A stretch of DNA of 64,000 nucleotides from Myxococcales bacterium (GTDB lineage Bacteria; Myxococcota_A; Polyangia; Polyangiales; DASUME01), in contig JASGJH010000001.1 in the NCBI GenBank assembly GCA_047601445.1, positions 2,432,001-2,496,000 on the forward strand, given 5' to 3'. The translations under genes were made by a program, and so were the position numbers. Each line of letters opens with the position of its first letter. Positions within the stretch are counted from its first letter, which is position 1. Below the pieces are notes generated by a model, which worked only from the letters and a program-made list of their open reading frames with translations, made no database searches and was not told where the DNA came from. Positions 33,552 through 43,402 of this stretch are shown one piece after another.

Positions 33552-34640
33552 GTGGCTCGCATCGATGCTTTGTTCGATCGTCTGATTGAGCTCAAGGGCA
33601 GTGACCTGCACCTCGGAGTCGGCGTGCCGCCCATGGGCCGCGTACGCGGCGAGCTCACCGCGCTCGAGCAGCGCAACCTCACCACCGCAGACATCGAGAC
33701 CTTGCTGTTCGAGATCACCACGCCAGAGCAGAAGAAGATCATCTGCGAGCAGTGGGACCTCGACTTCGCGCACCAGCACGGCACCAAGGCGCGCTTCCGC
33801 GCCAACTACTTCTACAAGCAGACCGGCCTGGCCGCGGTGTTCCGCACCATCCCGAGCAACGTGCTGACGCTGGACGACCTCAAGGTCCCCGAAGCCGTGC
33901 GCAAGCTGGCGGAGCGCCGCAGCGGGCTGGTGTTGGTCACGGGCCCGACGGGCTCGGGTAAGAGCACCACCCTCGCCGGCATGCTCAACCACATCAACCG
34001 CACGCGCGCCGCGCACATCCTCACCATCGAGGATCCCATCGAGTTCGTGCACGAACCGATCCGCTGCCAGATCACCCATCGCGAAGTGGGCCCGCACGCC
34101 TCGAGCTTCGCGAACGCCATTCGCTCGGCGGGCCGCGAGAACCCGGACGTGATCCTGATCGGCGAGCTCCGTACCAACGAGACCATGCGCCTCGCGCTGC
34201 AGCTCGCGAGCTACGGTGTGCTGGTGTTCGGCACAGTCCACACCAACAGCGCGCCTGCCACCATCGAGCGCATCATCAACGCCTTCCCCACGGACGAGCA
34301 GCCGCAGATCCGCGGCATGTTGGCCGAGAGCATGATCGGCATCGTGGCCCAGCAGCTGATCAAGACAGCCGATGGCAAGGGGCGCGTGGCGGCGCTGGAG
34401 ATCCTGATCGGGTCCCATGCGGTGGCCGCGATGATCCGCGAGAACAAGACCTTCCAGCTGGCCAGCATGATGCAAGCCGGCAAGGGCCAGGGCATGCAGA
34501 CCATGGATCTCGCGCTCGAGCGCCTGGCCAGGAACGGCACGGTCACGCCCGCGGCCGCACTCGAGAAGGCAGAGGACAAGGACTCGTTCCGCAAGCTGTT
34601 CCCGGCGCTCGGTAACGCCGAAGCGCCGCACGAGGCCTGA
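33552..34640 (+). CDS. pilT: PilT-family twitching-motility ATPase
   Basis: GSDLHL, RFRAN, GPTGSGKSTT, EDPIEF, PDVILIGELR, GTVHT, GMQTMD. Confidence 0.9.
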   Translation: MARIDALFDRLIELKGSDLHLGVGVPPMGRVRGELTALEQRNLTTADIETLLFEITTPEQKKIICEQWDLDFAHQHGTKARFRANYFYKQTGLAAVFRTIPSNVLTLDDLKVPEAVRKLAERRSGLVLVTGPTGSGKSTTLAGMLNHINRTRAAHILTIEDPIEFVHEPIRCQITHREVGPHASSFANAIRSAGRENPDVILIGELRTNETMRLALQLASYGVLVFGTVHTNSAPATIERIINAFPTDEQPQIRGMLAESMIGIVAQQLIKTADGKGRVAALEILIGSHAVAAMIRENKTFQLASMMQAGKGQGMQTMDLALERLARNGTVTPAAALEKAEDKDSFRKLFPALGNAEAPHEA

Positions 34641-34691
34641 GTCCCGCGCGCGTGGGCTCGCCCCACGAGCAAAGCAGCCTATGCTCTGCCC

Positions 34692-35426
34692 ATGACGCGC
34701 AGCGCCGCCGCTTTGATCATCGGCAACGAGATCCTGTCTGGCAAGGTCCCCGAGCAGAACCTGTTCGTGCTGGCCAAGGAGCTGTTCGCCCTGGGCGTGG
34801 AGCTCAGGCGCGTGGTGGTTTGCCCCGACGAGGTGCCCATCATCGTTCGAGATCTGCGCGAGCTCTCGAGCTCCCACGACGTGGTGATCACCAGCGGTGG
34901 TGTCGGGCCGACCCATGACGACGTCACCATCAAGGCCGTGGCGCAGGCCTTCGACACCGGCATCGTACGGTCACCGATCTACGAGACGCTGCTGCGCCAA
35001 CACTACGGCGAGCGTCTCACCGAGATGCACCTGCGCATGGCCGACGTGCCCCAGGGCTCGCGCCTGATCACCACCGCCGAGCTCAACTGGCCCACCATCG
35101 TGATGGCCAACGTCTACGTGTTCCCGGGCGTGCCGCAAATCTTCAAGCACAAGTTCTCGGTGATGCGAGAGGACCTCAAAGGCACCTCGCCGTTCTTCAG
35201 CCGCGCGGTCTACGTCGCGCTCGACGAACCGGCGTTGGCCGCCCTGCTGGATCGGCTCTCCGAGACCCACAAGGACGTCAGCATCGGGAGCTACCTGCAC
35301 TGGGGCAAGGACACCGACTATCGCACCAAGCTCACCATCGACGGCCGCACGCAAGCCGCCGTGGAGCGCTGCTTCGAGGAGATGGTGGCGGGCATCCCGC
35401 GTGAGAGCCTGGTGCGCAGCGAGTGA
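34692..35426 (+). CDS. Molybdopterin-binding/CinA N-terminal-domain protein
   Basis: IIGNEILSGK, SGGVGPTHDDVT, FPGVP. Confidence 0.88.
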   Translation: MTRSAAALIIGNEILSGKVPEQNLFVLAKELFALGVELRRVVVCPDEVPIIVRDLRELSSSHDVVITSGGVGPTHDDVTIKAVAQAFDTGIVRSPIYETLLRQHYGERLTEMHLRMADVPQGSRLITTAELNWPTIVMANVYVFPGVPQIFKHKFSVMREDLKGTSPFFSRAVYVALDEPALAALLDRLSETHKDVSIGSYLHWGKDTDYRTKLTIDGRTQAAVERCFEEMVAGIPRESLVRSE

Positions 35427-35460
35427 GGCGCAAGGCGCTGCCAGCGCGTTCGGATTGTCG

Positions 35461-35769
35461 CTAGGGCGGGACCGGGCGCAGCTTGATCTCCACGGAGGTC
35501 ACACCGGCTGGCAGCTCGAGCTCGAGGTCGTGCGGAAAGTAGTTGGGTGCCTCGACGGTGACGCGATGCTTGCCGGGAGTGACGGTGGCGGGCTGCTTCG
35601 CGAGCACCCGCGCGGCGCCCACGAAATGCTCGTCCACCTGCACGCTGGCGGTGGCCGGCTCGGCCACGATGCGCAGCTGGGCAGGCTTTTCTCGCGGATG
35701 CTGAGCGCCGCCGCAAGCAGCGGCCCACAACAGCCCCGCCAGGGACAGCATCGTGAAGCCGGCGCGCAT
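35461..35769 (-). CDS. PEGA-domain lipoprotein
   Basis: Lipobox AAAC; P..A.V.VD...VG....PGKHRV.V.A..Y; 1-nt overlap with the guaA stop. Confidence 0.75.
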   Translation of the reverse strand: MRAGFTMLSLAGLLWAAACGGAQHPREKPAQLRIVAEPATASVQVDEHFVGAARVLAKQPATVTPGKHRVTVEAPNYFPHDLELELPAGVTSVEIKLRPVPP

Positions 35770-37316
35770 CACTCCCACTCGATGGTGGCAGGAGGCTTGG
35801 AAGAAATGTCGTAAACGACGCGGTTACAGCCGCGGACCTCGTTGATGATCCGGTTGCTCACGCGGGCCAGGAGCTCGTAGGGCAAGCGCGCCCAGTCCGC
35901 CGTCATGGCGTCCTTGGACTCCACGGCGCGTACGGCAATCGTGTACTCGTAGGTTCGCGCGTCGCCCATGACGCCCACGGAGCGCACGGGCAACAGCACG
36001 CAGAAGCTCTGCCAGAGCGCCTCATACAGGCCCGCTTCGCGCACTTCGTGATCGAGGATGGCGTCCGCTTCGCGCAGGATGCGCAGCTTTTCGGCTGTGA
36101 CCTCACCGAGGCAGCGAATGGCTAGACCCGGACCGGGGAACGGCTGACGCCAGAGCACGTGGCGCGGCATCCCGAGGGTGGCCCCCATCTCGCGGACCTC
36201 GTCCTTGAACAGCTCACGCAGGGGCTCACAGAGCGCCATCTTCATGGTCTCGGGCAAGCCGCCCACGTTGTGGTGGGTCTTGATCACCACGCTCGGGCCT
36301 CCCTTGAAGGAGATGCTCTCGATGACGTCGGGGTACAGCGTGCCTTGCACCAGAAAGCGCACGTCGTCGAGCTTGGCCGCCTCGGCGTCGAACACCTCGA
36401 TGAAGATGCGGCCGATGATCTTGCGCTTCTGTTCCGGGTCCGTGACGCCCTCGAGCGCGCTCAAGAACTGCTTGCCGGCGTCCACGTGGACGAGACGCAG
36501 GTGGAAGTGATCGCGGAACATGCGCACGACCTGCTCGGCCTCGCCCTGCCGCAGTAGCCCGTTGTCCACGAAGATGCAGGTGAGGCGATCCCCGATGGCC
36601 TTGGATACCAGCACGGCGGCCACCGAGGAATCCACGCCGCCGCTGAGGCCGCAGACCGCCTGGCTCTTGCCCACCTGCTCCTTGATCTTCTCGATGGTCT
36701 CTTCGCTGAAGGCGCCCGGCGTCCAGCTCGGGTCGCACGAGGCCACCTTGAACAAGAAGGCTGACAGCATCTCGGCGCCGCGATCCGTGTGCACCACCTC
36801 CGGGTGGAACTGCACACAGGCGATCTTGCGGGTCGCGTCGTAGGCCGCCGCGAACGGCGTGCTACCCGTGACGGCCAGCGTCACGAAGCCCGGAGGCAGC
36901 GCCTTCACGCTGTCGCCGTGGCTCATCCACACATCCACGAATTCGTCGGACTTGAAGCCGTCGAGCAGGCCCTCGCCGAGCTTCACCTGGATGCGGGCCG
37001 GACCGTACTCACGCTTGTCGGCGCGCTCGACCTTGCCACCCAGCAGATGGCAAGTGAGCTGCATGCCGTAGCAGATGCCGAGCATGGGCACGCCGAGCTT
37101 GAAAACACCCGGGTCGACCGTGGGGGCGCCCTCCTCGTACACACTCATCGGCCCGCCGGACAGCACGATCGCCTGGGGGTCCAGCGCTCGAATCTTCTCG
37201 AGCGAGAGGGTGCACGGGTGAATCTCGCAATAGACGCGTTGCTCTCGGATACGGCGCGCGATCAGCTGGGTGTACTGCGCTCCGAAGTCGAGGATCAGGA
37301 CAGGCTTTCGATCCAT
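35769..37316 (-). CDS. guaA: GMP synthase (glutamine-hydrolysing)
   Basis: [57 protein letters not shown]. Confidence 0.98.
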   Translation of the reverse strand: MDRKPVLILDFGAQYTQLIARRIREQRVYCEIHPCTLSLEKIRALDPQAIVLSGGPMSVYEEGAPTVDPGVFKLGVPMLGICYGMQLTCHLLGGKVERADKREYGPARIQVKLGEGLLDGFKSDEFVDVWMSHGDSVKALPPGFVTLAVTGSTPFAAAYDATRKIACVQFHPEVVHTDRGAEMLSAFLFKVASCDPSWTPGAFSEETIEKIKEQVGKSQAVCGLSGGVDSSVAAVLVSKAIGDRLTCIFVDNGLLRQGEAEQVVRMFRDHFHLRLVHVDAGKQFLSALEGVTDPEQKRKIIGRIFIEVFDAEAAKLDDVRFLVQGTLYPDVIESISFKGGPSVVIKTHHNVGGLPETMKMALCEPLRELFKDEVREMGATLGMPRHVLWRQPFPGPGLAIRCLGEVTAEKLRILREADAILDHEVREAGLYEALWQSFCVLLPVRSVGVMGDARTYEYTIAVRAVESKDAMTADWARLPYELLARVSNRIINEVRGCNRVVYDISSKPPATIEWE

Positions 37317-37357
37317 GGGCGGCCATGTACTACCGAGGCCAGGCAAACACAACCGAC

Positions 37358-38635
37358 TCAGAGATGATCGAGCAAGTAGAGCCAGGCGAAGTAGGCCACC
37401 GCGGTCAGCGCGCCCACACCCACATAGCGCCACGGAAAGCGGTGCTTGGGTCGTCGGCTTTCGAACGCTTGGGGCTCCCGCCCACGCGCGTCCGCGTGGC
37501 GCGGAGCGGGAGCGCGGCTGTGTTCGGACTGGTGCACGGCCCGGCCCACTGGCTCGCGCACTATTTGGCCTGTGGGAGGTCGATGGCTGCTCGGTCCGGG
37601 CGTCTCGTGCCAGGGCTGTCCGCTGGCGGCTGCGGGGGGCGGGGCGTAGGAGCCGGACGCCGGCGCCGGAGGCGCGTACGAGCTGGAGGAAGGCGCCGGA
37701 GGCGCGTACGAACCTGACGCAGGGGGACGCTGACTGGGGGCAGGAGCCGGCGCGGCCACCGAAGCGGGTGCCACGGGGGTATAGCCCTGCTGGGTCGAGC
37801 GCCGCTCGCGACCTGCGGGTTCGACACTCGGCTCGGGGGCCGACCCACGGGCCTCGGCCTGCTGGTGGGGAAAGCCCTGGATGGTGCGCTGGTCTTCATC
37901 CCCCAGGGAACCGCCGCCGACGCGACGCCCGCCCGGCAAGGCCACGCCGAGGCCCACGCCCATCAAAGTCTGGTTGGGTGGCGGGCCCGACCTGCCAGCC
38001 GGTGCAGGCGTTGACGGCGTCGCGGGGACACTCGGCCGCGGTCGGGCCGATGGGGAACTGGCAGGGGGTGGGGCCTCGGAGATGCCGAGCAGAGTGGCCT
38101 TGTGTGGCCGCTGCCCGCTTTGCTCAGCCTCGTCCTGGTTGACCGATGCCCGCAAGTGGGGCGGCAAGCTCGCGGCGTCGATGGGCGCCACCCCGAGCAG
38201 GGTGGCTTTGGCCGTGGGACGTGCGCTGGGCAGGCGCTCGGAGCTCATGGGCGGGAGTGGGGTGGGATCCTTGCGGTCCTTCCCCTGGGGAGCCGGCTGA
38301 ACGGCGGCTCCGGTCTCCACCACGATGGCGGCTTTCCCGAAGTCGATGCGCACGCGGCCCGTGAGGGCGCGCCACTGAGCGCCAACCAGAATGCCGTCCA
38401 TCCGGACGCCACCGGCACCGTAAACGTCGGCAATGCGTAGGACGCTGCCGTCCCAGTGCAGGGAGAAGTGCACGGGAGCCACGCCGATTTCCCGCACAAT
38501 CCAGTCGCAGCCAGGGCTCTGACCCACTGTCAGCGTGGTGCCACCGGCGGAACCCGTCAGCTCGAGATTCAGAGCCGTGGATTCGCCCTGCGCGAGTCTC
38601 AGTCGCGCCCAGGACTCCGGATCGCCTGCCGACAT
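37358..38635 (-). CDS. FHA-like-domain protein with Pro-rich linker and C-terminal TM anchor
   Basis: [10 protein letters not shown]....VAPVHF FHA-like fold; SYAPP repeats; terminal [21 protein letters not shown]. Confidence 0.7.
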   Translation of the reverse strand: MSAGDPESWARLRLAQGESTALNLELTGSAGGTTLTVGQSPGCDWIVREIGVAPVHFSLHWDGSVLRIADVYGAGGVRMDGILVGAQWRALTGRVRIDFGKAAIVVETGAAVQPAPQGKDRKDPTPLPPMSSERLPSARPTAKATLLGVAPIDAASLPPHLRASVNQDEAEQSGQRPHKATLLGISEAPPPASSPSARPRPSVPATPSTPAPAGRSGPPPNQTLMGVGLGVALPGGRRVGGGSLGDEDQRTIQGFPHQQAEARGSAPEPSVEPAGRERRSTQQGYTPVAPASVAAPAPAPSQRPPASGSYAPPAPSSSSYAPPAPASGSYAPPPAAASGQPWHETPGPSSHRPPTGQIVREPVGRAVHQSEHSRAPAPRHADARGREPQAFESRRPKHRFPWRYVGVGALTAVAYFAWLYLLDHL

Positions 38636-38815
38636 CCGAACCCTGCCCTCCCCAAGCGCGCGTCGGCGCGCGTACTAACCATAGTCGCGCGTCACCACGC
38701 GAACGACCAGCTGGCCGGTGCTGGGCCCCAGGACCCCGGGCCAGTTCGCGAGGATGATGACATGAGCTGCCCGGTCGAGAAAGTCGCCGAGCACGCGAAA
38801 TCCGCGCGTCCGCGT

Positions 38816-39673
38816 TCAGGAGCGCGGGTCGAGGCGCTTGGGATCGCCCAGGATTCCGCGCTCCACGAAATCCGCGGCGAAGTGCCCGCAGTTGGCCGCC
38901 AGCTGCTCGACCTCGCGATCGTTCAAGCCCTCGGTCTCGATTTGGGGCCCCACGTAGACCTCGAGCGGGTGCGGGCGCACGACCCACTCCCCACGACGCA
39001 GGATTTGCCAAAGGCCGCGCACCGCAATGGGCACCACCGGGATGCCGCTGTCGCGGGCCATGCTGAAGAGCCCGCGCCGGTAAGGGAGCAGGCGGCCGTT
39101 CTGGGTGCGCCGTCCCTCCGGGAACCCGAGGATCGAGATGCCTCGCCGTACGCGGTCCTGAACCTGCGCCTTGACCATGTCGGCCTGGCCCTGTTCACCT
39201 TTGGTGACCCCGATGCCGTTGCCGCGCTTCATCAGCCAGCCGTAGACCGGAACGTTGAAGTGGTGAGCGTGCTGGATGCCGCAGAAGGCATGGGGAATGG
39301 CCCACAACGCCACGTGCGCGTCGAGGATGCTCGTGTGGTTCATGACGAACAGGCTGACGCGGTTCGGATCGAAGTCCTCGTGGTAGCGCAGCGAAGCCCG
39401 GCGCAGGGGGATGATCTGCGGCACCAGTCCCATCAAGGGCTGCGGCAGATGCGGCATGATCTTCTCGAACGGGACGAACAGAGAGAGCGGCACGCTGCTC
39501 ACGAACGCGGCCGTCATCAGCCCCACGGAGATGGGCCACGCACCGAGCACGGACCAGACCTTGTAGAGCGGCTCGAGCGGCGCATCGAGAGACAGCGGCA
39601 GCGGGTCCACCCCAGATTCCGGTGCGACGCCGGACTCGTGCTCTTTGAGTACCGCGATCGGATTCAGTCTCAT
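38816..39673 (-). CDS. Lysophospholipid (PlsC-type) acyltransferase
   Basis: NHTSILD (HX4D), FPEGRR, PVVP; 4-nt overlap with upstream gene. Confidence 0.92.
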   Translation of the reverse strand: MRLNPIAVLKEHESGVAPESGVDPLPLSLDAPLEPLYKVWSVLGAWPISVGLMTAAFVSSVPLSLFVPFEKIMPHLPQPLMGLVPQIIPLRRASLRYHEDFDPNRVSLFVMNHTSILDAHVALWAIPHAFCGIQHAHHFNVPVYGWLMKRGNGIGVTKGEQGQADMVKAQVQDRVRRGISILGFPEGRRTQNGRLLPYRRGLFSMARDSGIPVVPIAVRGLWQILRRGEWVVRPHPLEVYVGPQIETEGLNDREVEQLAANCGHFAADFVERGILGDPKRLDPRS

Positions 39674-40572
39674 ACGCAAACCTCGAGTGCCTGGTGCAGA
39701 ACTTCCAGCCGTTCAGGCCACACGGAGATCACCTCTCCATCAATCATAGCGTCCATCGGGCGATCGACCTTGAACACGATGCTGCGGGCCTGGCGGCTCT
39801 CCACAGCGGGGTGCGTCACGTGCGTTCCTTCGAAAATCTTCGGGAAAGTACTCAGAAGCCCGAAGCGGCTCAGCGCACCGACGCTGATCAACTCGGCCAG
39901 TCCGTCGCTGGCGTCCGCGTTGGGGGCCATCATCATCTTGCCGCCGGTGAAGCGGCTGTTGTTGATGGAGATGAAGGTCTTGGGCCGCTCGTCGAAGGAG
40001 CCGCCGTCGAGTGCCACCGGGATGGGGCGCGCCTCGAGGCCGATCAGCTTGGTGACCACGCCGAGCCCGTAGCCCGCCTCGCCGAAGCGCTTGAAGCGCT
40101 GGTTGGCGACCGTGCAAGCATCGGCCACGAAGCCGAAGCTCAAGATGTTGATGTAGAACAAGTCGCCGTCGCGATGCTTGAGCCAGATCACGTCGCAGCG
40201 GCGCCGCTTGCGCTCCATGAGCGCCTTTCGCGAATAGATGGCGCCCTCGGTGGTGAAGTCACGCAGGAAGGAATTGCCGGTGCCGAGCGGCAAGAAGCCC
40301 AGGGTGGGCACTTGCTTGGCGCGGAACGCCTCGGGAAAGAGTCCGTTGACGATCTCGAAGCCGGTGCCGTCGCCCCCCACGGCGATGAAGCGTCGCACGC
40401 CCTCGCTGAATGCTTTGCGCGCGACCTGCGTGGCCTCGCCGGGTGCACCCGTCTTGAAGACCGCGATGTCGAGCCCGGCCTCACGCAAGCTCGCCAGGGC
40501 GTCGTTCGCCTCTTTGCCGCAGCGCCCGCCGCCTGCCGCTGGATTGACGATCGCCAAGAACTGCTCGGCCAC
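39670..40572 (-). CDS. Diacylglycerol/lipid kinase family protein (DgkB/YegS-like)
   Basis: IVNPAAG, VGGDGT, LPLGTGN, DG, IDGE. Confidence 0.92.
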   Translation of the reverse strand: MAEQFLAIVNPAAGGGRCGKEANDALASLREAGLDIAVFKTGAPGEATQVARKAFSEGVRRFIAVGGDGTGFEIVNGLFPEAFRAKQVPTLGFLPLGTGNSFLRDFTTEGAIYSRKALMERKRRRCDVIWLKHRDGDLFYINILSFGFVADACTVANQRFKRFGEAGYGLGVVTKLIGLEARPIPVALDGGSFDERPKTFISINNSRFTGGKMMMAPNADASDGLAELISVGALSRFGLLSTFPKIFEGTHVTHPAVESRQARSIVFKVDRPMDAMIDGEVISVWPERLEVLHQALEVCV

Positions 40573-40652
40573 AATGCCCCCCTGGTTGGCTCGCGCCCTC
40601 GCGCGCCTCGTTCGGCTCGCGCTACGCGCGTCGCAGGCCGAATGCCCTTCGC

Positions 40653-42365
40653 TTACAGCGAGATCACCGCTTCGTCACGCGCAGTTTGCTTGGCCAGCTG
40701 TTTTGCCAGCTCCTCGCGCTTGATCTTCTGGGACGCGGTGCGCGGGAACTCCTGCCCCCAGACCACCACCCCATGCAAACGCTTGTACTCACTCAGCTTG
40801 GCGTTGAGCTTGCGCACCCGCGCCAGGAACGCCTGATCACAAGCCTTGTCGGGCTTGGGCCGCAGCGCGAGGACCAGCTGCTCGCCCACCAACTTGCCCG
40901 AGGGCCACACGTAGTTCGCCGCGAATACGCAGAACTCTTCTAGATCATCGTCGAGCTCCGCGAAGGCACTCTCGATGTCTTCGGGATAGACGTTCTTGCC
41001 GCCCGAGGTGACGATCATGTTCTTGGCGCGCCCGAACAACTTGAGGTGCCCGGAGGCGTCCATCAGGCCCAGGTCCCCCGTCTTGAGCCAACCGTCCTGG
41101 ATCGTGGCAGCGGTGAGCTCGGGGGCGTCCAGGTAGCCCTTCATCACAGTGGGCCCACGCACCCAAACCTCGCCGACTCCCTCGTCGTTGACGTCACGCA
41201 CCTCCACCTCGGTGCCAGCCACGGGCGGGCCCACGGTGTCGGCTCGGAACGGCTTGAGATCGTTGATCGAGATCACGGTGCCGGCCTCGGTGAGGCCGTA
41301 GCCGATCAGCACCGGCAGACCCAGGCGGTAGAAATACTCGGCGTTCTTGCGCTCCACGAAGGCGCCGCCCGCGAAGATCATGCGGAGCTTGCCGCCGAAC
41401 TTGTCGTGAATGGGCTTGAGCAGATTGCGCGAGAGGGCGTGCTGCGGCTTGCGCTGTGTGGCGAGCTCGTTGAAGTCCGAGAGTCGCTTGATCAGGGTGC
41501 GCTGCCAGTCCTCGCGCTCGTCGAGCTGCTCCTCGATCTTGGTCTCGAGGGCACGCAGGATGCGCGGCACCAGGGCCATGTGGGAGATGCCGTATTCCTT
41601 CATGGTCGGCATCAGGAACTCGGGCCGCAGCGTGCGCTGGTGCACCACGGCCGCGCCGAACAGGAAGGGCACGATGAACCCGCACATGAAGTCCACGGCG
41701 TGGTTCGTCGGCAGGATGGAGAAGTAGCGGTCCTCCTCCAGCATGGGGAACAGGCGCCCCAAGACCTCGGCCTGCGCGAGATAGTTGCCGTGCGTCAGCA
41801 TGCAACCCTTGGGCGTACCACTGGTGCCCGACGAGTACACGATGCACGCCACGTCCTCGCGCGTGCGCAGCCTGAACTCGAACCTGCCCGGCTCGAGCTG
41901 CTCGAAGCGCACGGCCGGCCCGAGATCCGCCTTCTCGGGCGCCTCGGTGACGATGACCTTGGTGCCCTTGATGCGGCCCAGGTCTTCCTTGAGCAGCAAG
42001 CGCCACACCGGGTACTCGGTGAAGAGGACCTGGGGGCGACAGTGCGCGAGCAGGTCGAGCTGCTCCTTCGCGGTGAGCTTGTAGTCGAGGGGCACCAGCG
42101 TGGCGCCGGCCCACAGCGCGCCGAGGCCGCCGATCACCCACTTGGACTGATTGCTCAGCAGCACCGCGCAGCGATCGCCCGCCTGAAAGCCGTTGCTCTC
42201 CAGGTGCGACGCGAAGTGCTCCGCCTTGCGCCGCAGCTCCGTATACGTGAAGCGTTCCTTCTCGCGGTGGCGGTCGGCCTCGATCAGCGCGGTGTTCGTC
42301 TTGTAGGTGAGCACGGCATCGCGCAGTGCTTCTCCGAGGCAAGTTAGGCGAGACAGGTCCAGCAT
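40653..42365 (-). CDS. Long-chain acyl-CoA/acyl-ACP synthetase (AMP-binding)
   Basis: YSSGTSGTPKG, GYGLTE, KTGDLG, GRAK...GGKNVYPEDIE, PRTASQKIKR. Confidence 0.93.
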   Translation of the reverse strand: MLDLSRLTCLGEALRDAVLTYKTNTALIEADRHREKERFTYTELRRKAEHFASHLESNGFQAGDRCAVLLSNQSKWVIGGLGALWAGATLVPLDYKLTAKEQLDLLAHCRPQVLFTEYPVWRLLLKEDLGRIKGTKVIVTEAPEKADLGPAVRFEQLEPGRFEFRLRTREDVACIVYSSGTSGTPKGCMLTHGNYLAQAEVLGRLFPMLEEDRYFSILPTNHAVDFMCGFIVPFLFGAAVVHQRTLRPEFLMPTMKEYGISHMALVPRILRALETKIEEQLDEREDWQRTLIKRLSDFNELATQRKPQHALSRNLLKPIHDKFGGKLRMIFAGGAFVERKNAEYFYRLGLPVLIGYGLTEAGTVISINDLKPFRADTVGPPVAGTEVEVRDVNDEGVGEVWVRGPTVMKGYLDAPELTAATIQDGWLKTGDLGLMDASGHLKLFGRAKNMIVTSGGKNVYPEDIESAFAELDDDLEEFCVFAANYVWPSGKLVGEQLVLALRPKPDKACDQAFLARVRKLNAKLSEYKRLHGVVVWGQEFPRTASQKIKREELAKQLAKQTARDEAVISL

Positions 42366-42370
42366 GGCTC

Positions 42371-42607
42371 TCAGCGTCGGGTGTCGATGACTTCGGCCAA
42401 GCCCTCGAAGGTCTTGACGTCTTGCAGTTCGTAGTCCGGTACTTCCACGTCGAACTCGATCTCGAGTTCGCTCAAGAGCTCCAGCGCCTGCACGCTGTCG
42501 ATGCCGAGCGCGGCGAAGAAGTCGTCGCCCGGCTTGAGGCCGCTGGTGTCGACCTTGAATTTCTTGCCTGCCAGGGTGATCAAACGCTGCAGTGTGTCTT
42601 GGGACAT
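42371..42607 (-). CDS. Acyl carrier protein
   Basis: 78 aa, acidic; LGIDSVQALEL phosphopantetheinylation site. Confidence 0.92.
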   Translation of the reverse strand: MSQDTLQRLITLAGKKFKVDTSGLKPGDDFFAALGIDSVQALELLSELEIEFDVEVPDYELQDVKTFEGLAEVIDTRR

Positions 42608-42622
42608 GGGGACTCTCGCTGG

Positions 42623-43402
42623 TTACGGGAGATAGGGTCGGAGATCGGTGCTCTCGACGAACTTCTTGAGGGCCACCTCGGCCGGGGGGCGCTGGAGGAG
42701 GCGCTTGAACAGCTGCTTCTCCTGCTCGAGTTCGGCGTAGGGCACGTGCTTCATGAAGGCCTTGCAGGTGGCCGCCGCCTCGGGGTCGAAGCGCGTGGCC
42801 TGCTTGGCCGTGGCACGCGCCACGTCGACGTGCTTGCCCTGGGCCACCATCTGGCTGACGAGACCCAACGTCTGGGCCTTCTTGGCGTTCAAGCTGCGTC
42901 CCGTGAGCAGAAGGTCGCGGACGACCCCGTTACCCACGTCGCGTTTGAGCCGAGGAATGCCACCGAAGCCCGGCACGATGCCGAGGCGCAGCTCGGGAAA
43001 GCAAAAGCGCGCCGTCTTGTCGGCGATCAGCACGTCGCAGGTCAGTGCCAGCTCGAAGCCGCCGCCGAAGCACACCCCATGGATGGCCCCGATGGTGGTC
43101 AAGGGCAGCGCGTCGAGCGTGTTCATCACGGCGTGGATGCGATCGATGAAGTCCCCGATGCGCCGCTCTCGCTCCGCGGGATCCCGGGTCGCAATCAGCC
43201 AGGCGTAAACCGCACGCAAGTCGGCGCCAGCGCAAAAGCCCCCGGGCATGCTCGAATAGATCACGAGCGCTCGGCCCTGGTTCGGGTCGATCTCCGTGAG
43301 CGCCTTCTCCAGCGCCTCCAGCATGCCCTCGCCGATCTCGTTCACCGGCGGTGCGCACAGCTCGAGCTCGTACACGCCCTGATGGAGCCGCAGGTTGATC
43401 AC
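42623..43402 (-). CDS. Enoyl-CoA hydratase/isomerase (crotonase)
   Basis: FCAGADL, GGGFELAL, FPELRLGIVPGFGG (both catalytic Glu present). Confidence 0.92.
   Translation of the reverse strand: MINLRLHQGVYELELCAPPVNEIGEGMLEALEKALTEIDPNQGRALVIYSSMPGGFCAGADLRAVYAWLIATRDPAERERRIGDFIDRIHAVMNTLDALPLTTIGAIHGVCFGGGFELALTCDVLIADKTARFCFPELRLGIVPGFGGIPRLKRDVGNGVVRDLLLTGRSLNAKKAQTLGLVSQMVAQGKHVDVARATAKQATRFDPEAAATCKAFMKHVPYAELEQEKQLFKRLLQRPPAEVALKKFVESTDLRPYLP

Noticed and set aside
37630..37715. Short direct repeats as a possible CRISPR array
   Set aside because: They are in-frame coding repeats (SYAPP) with no spacers and no cas genes.
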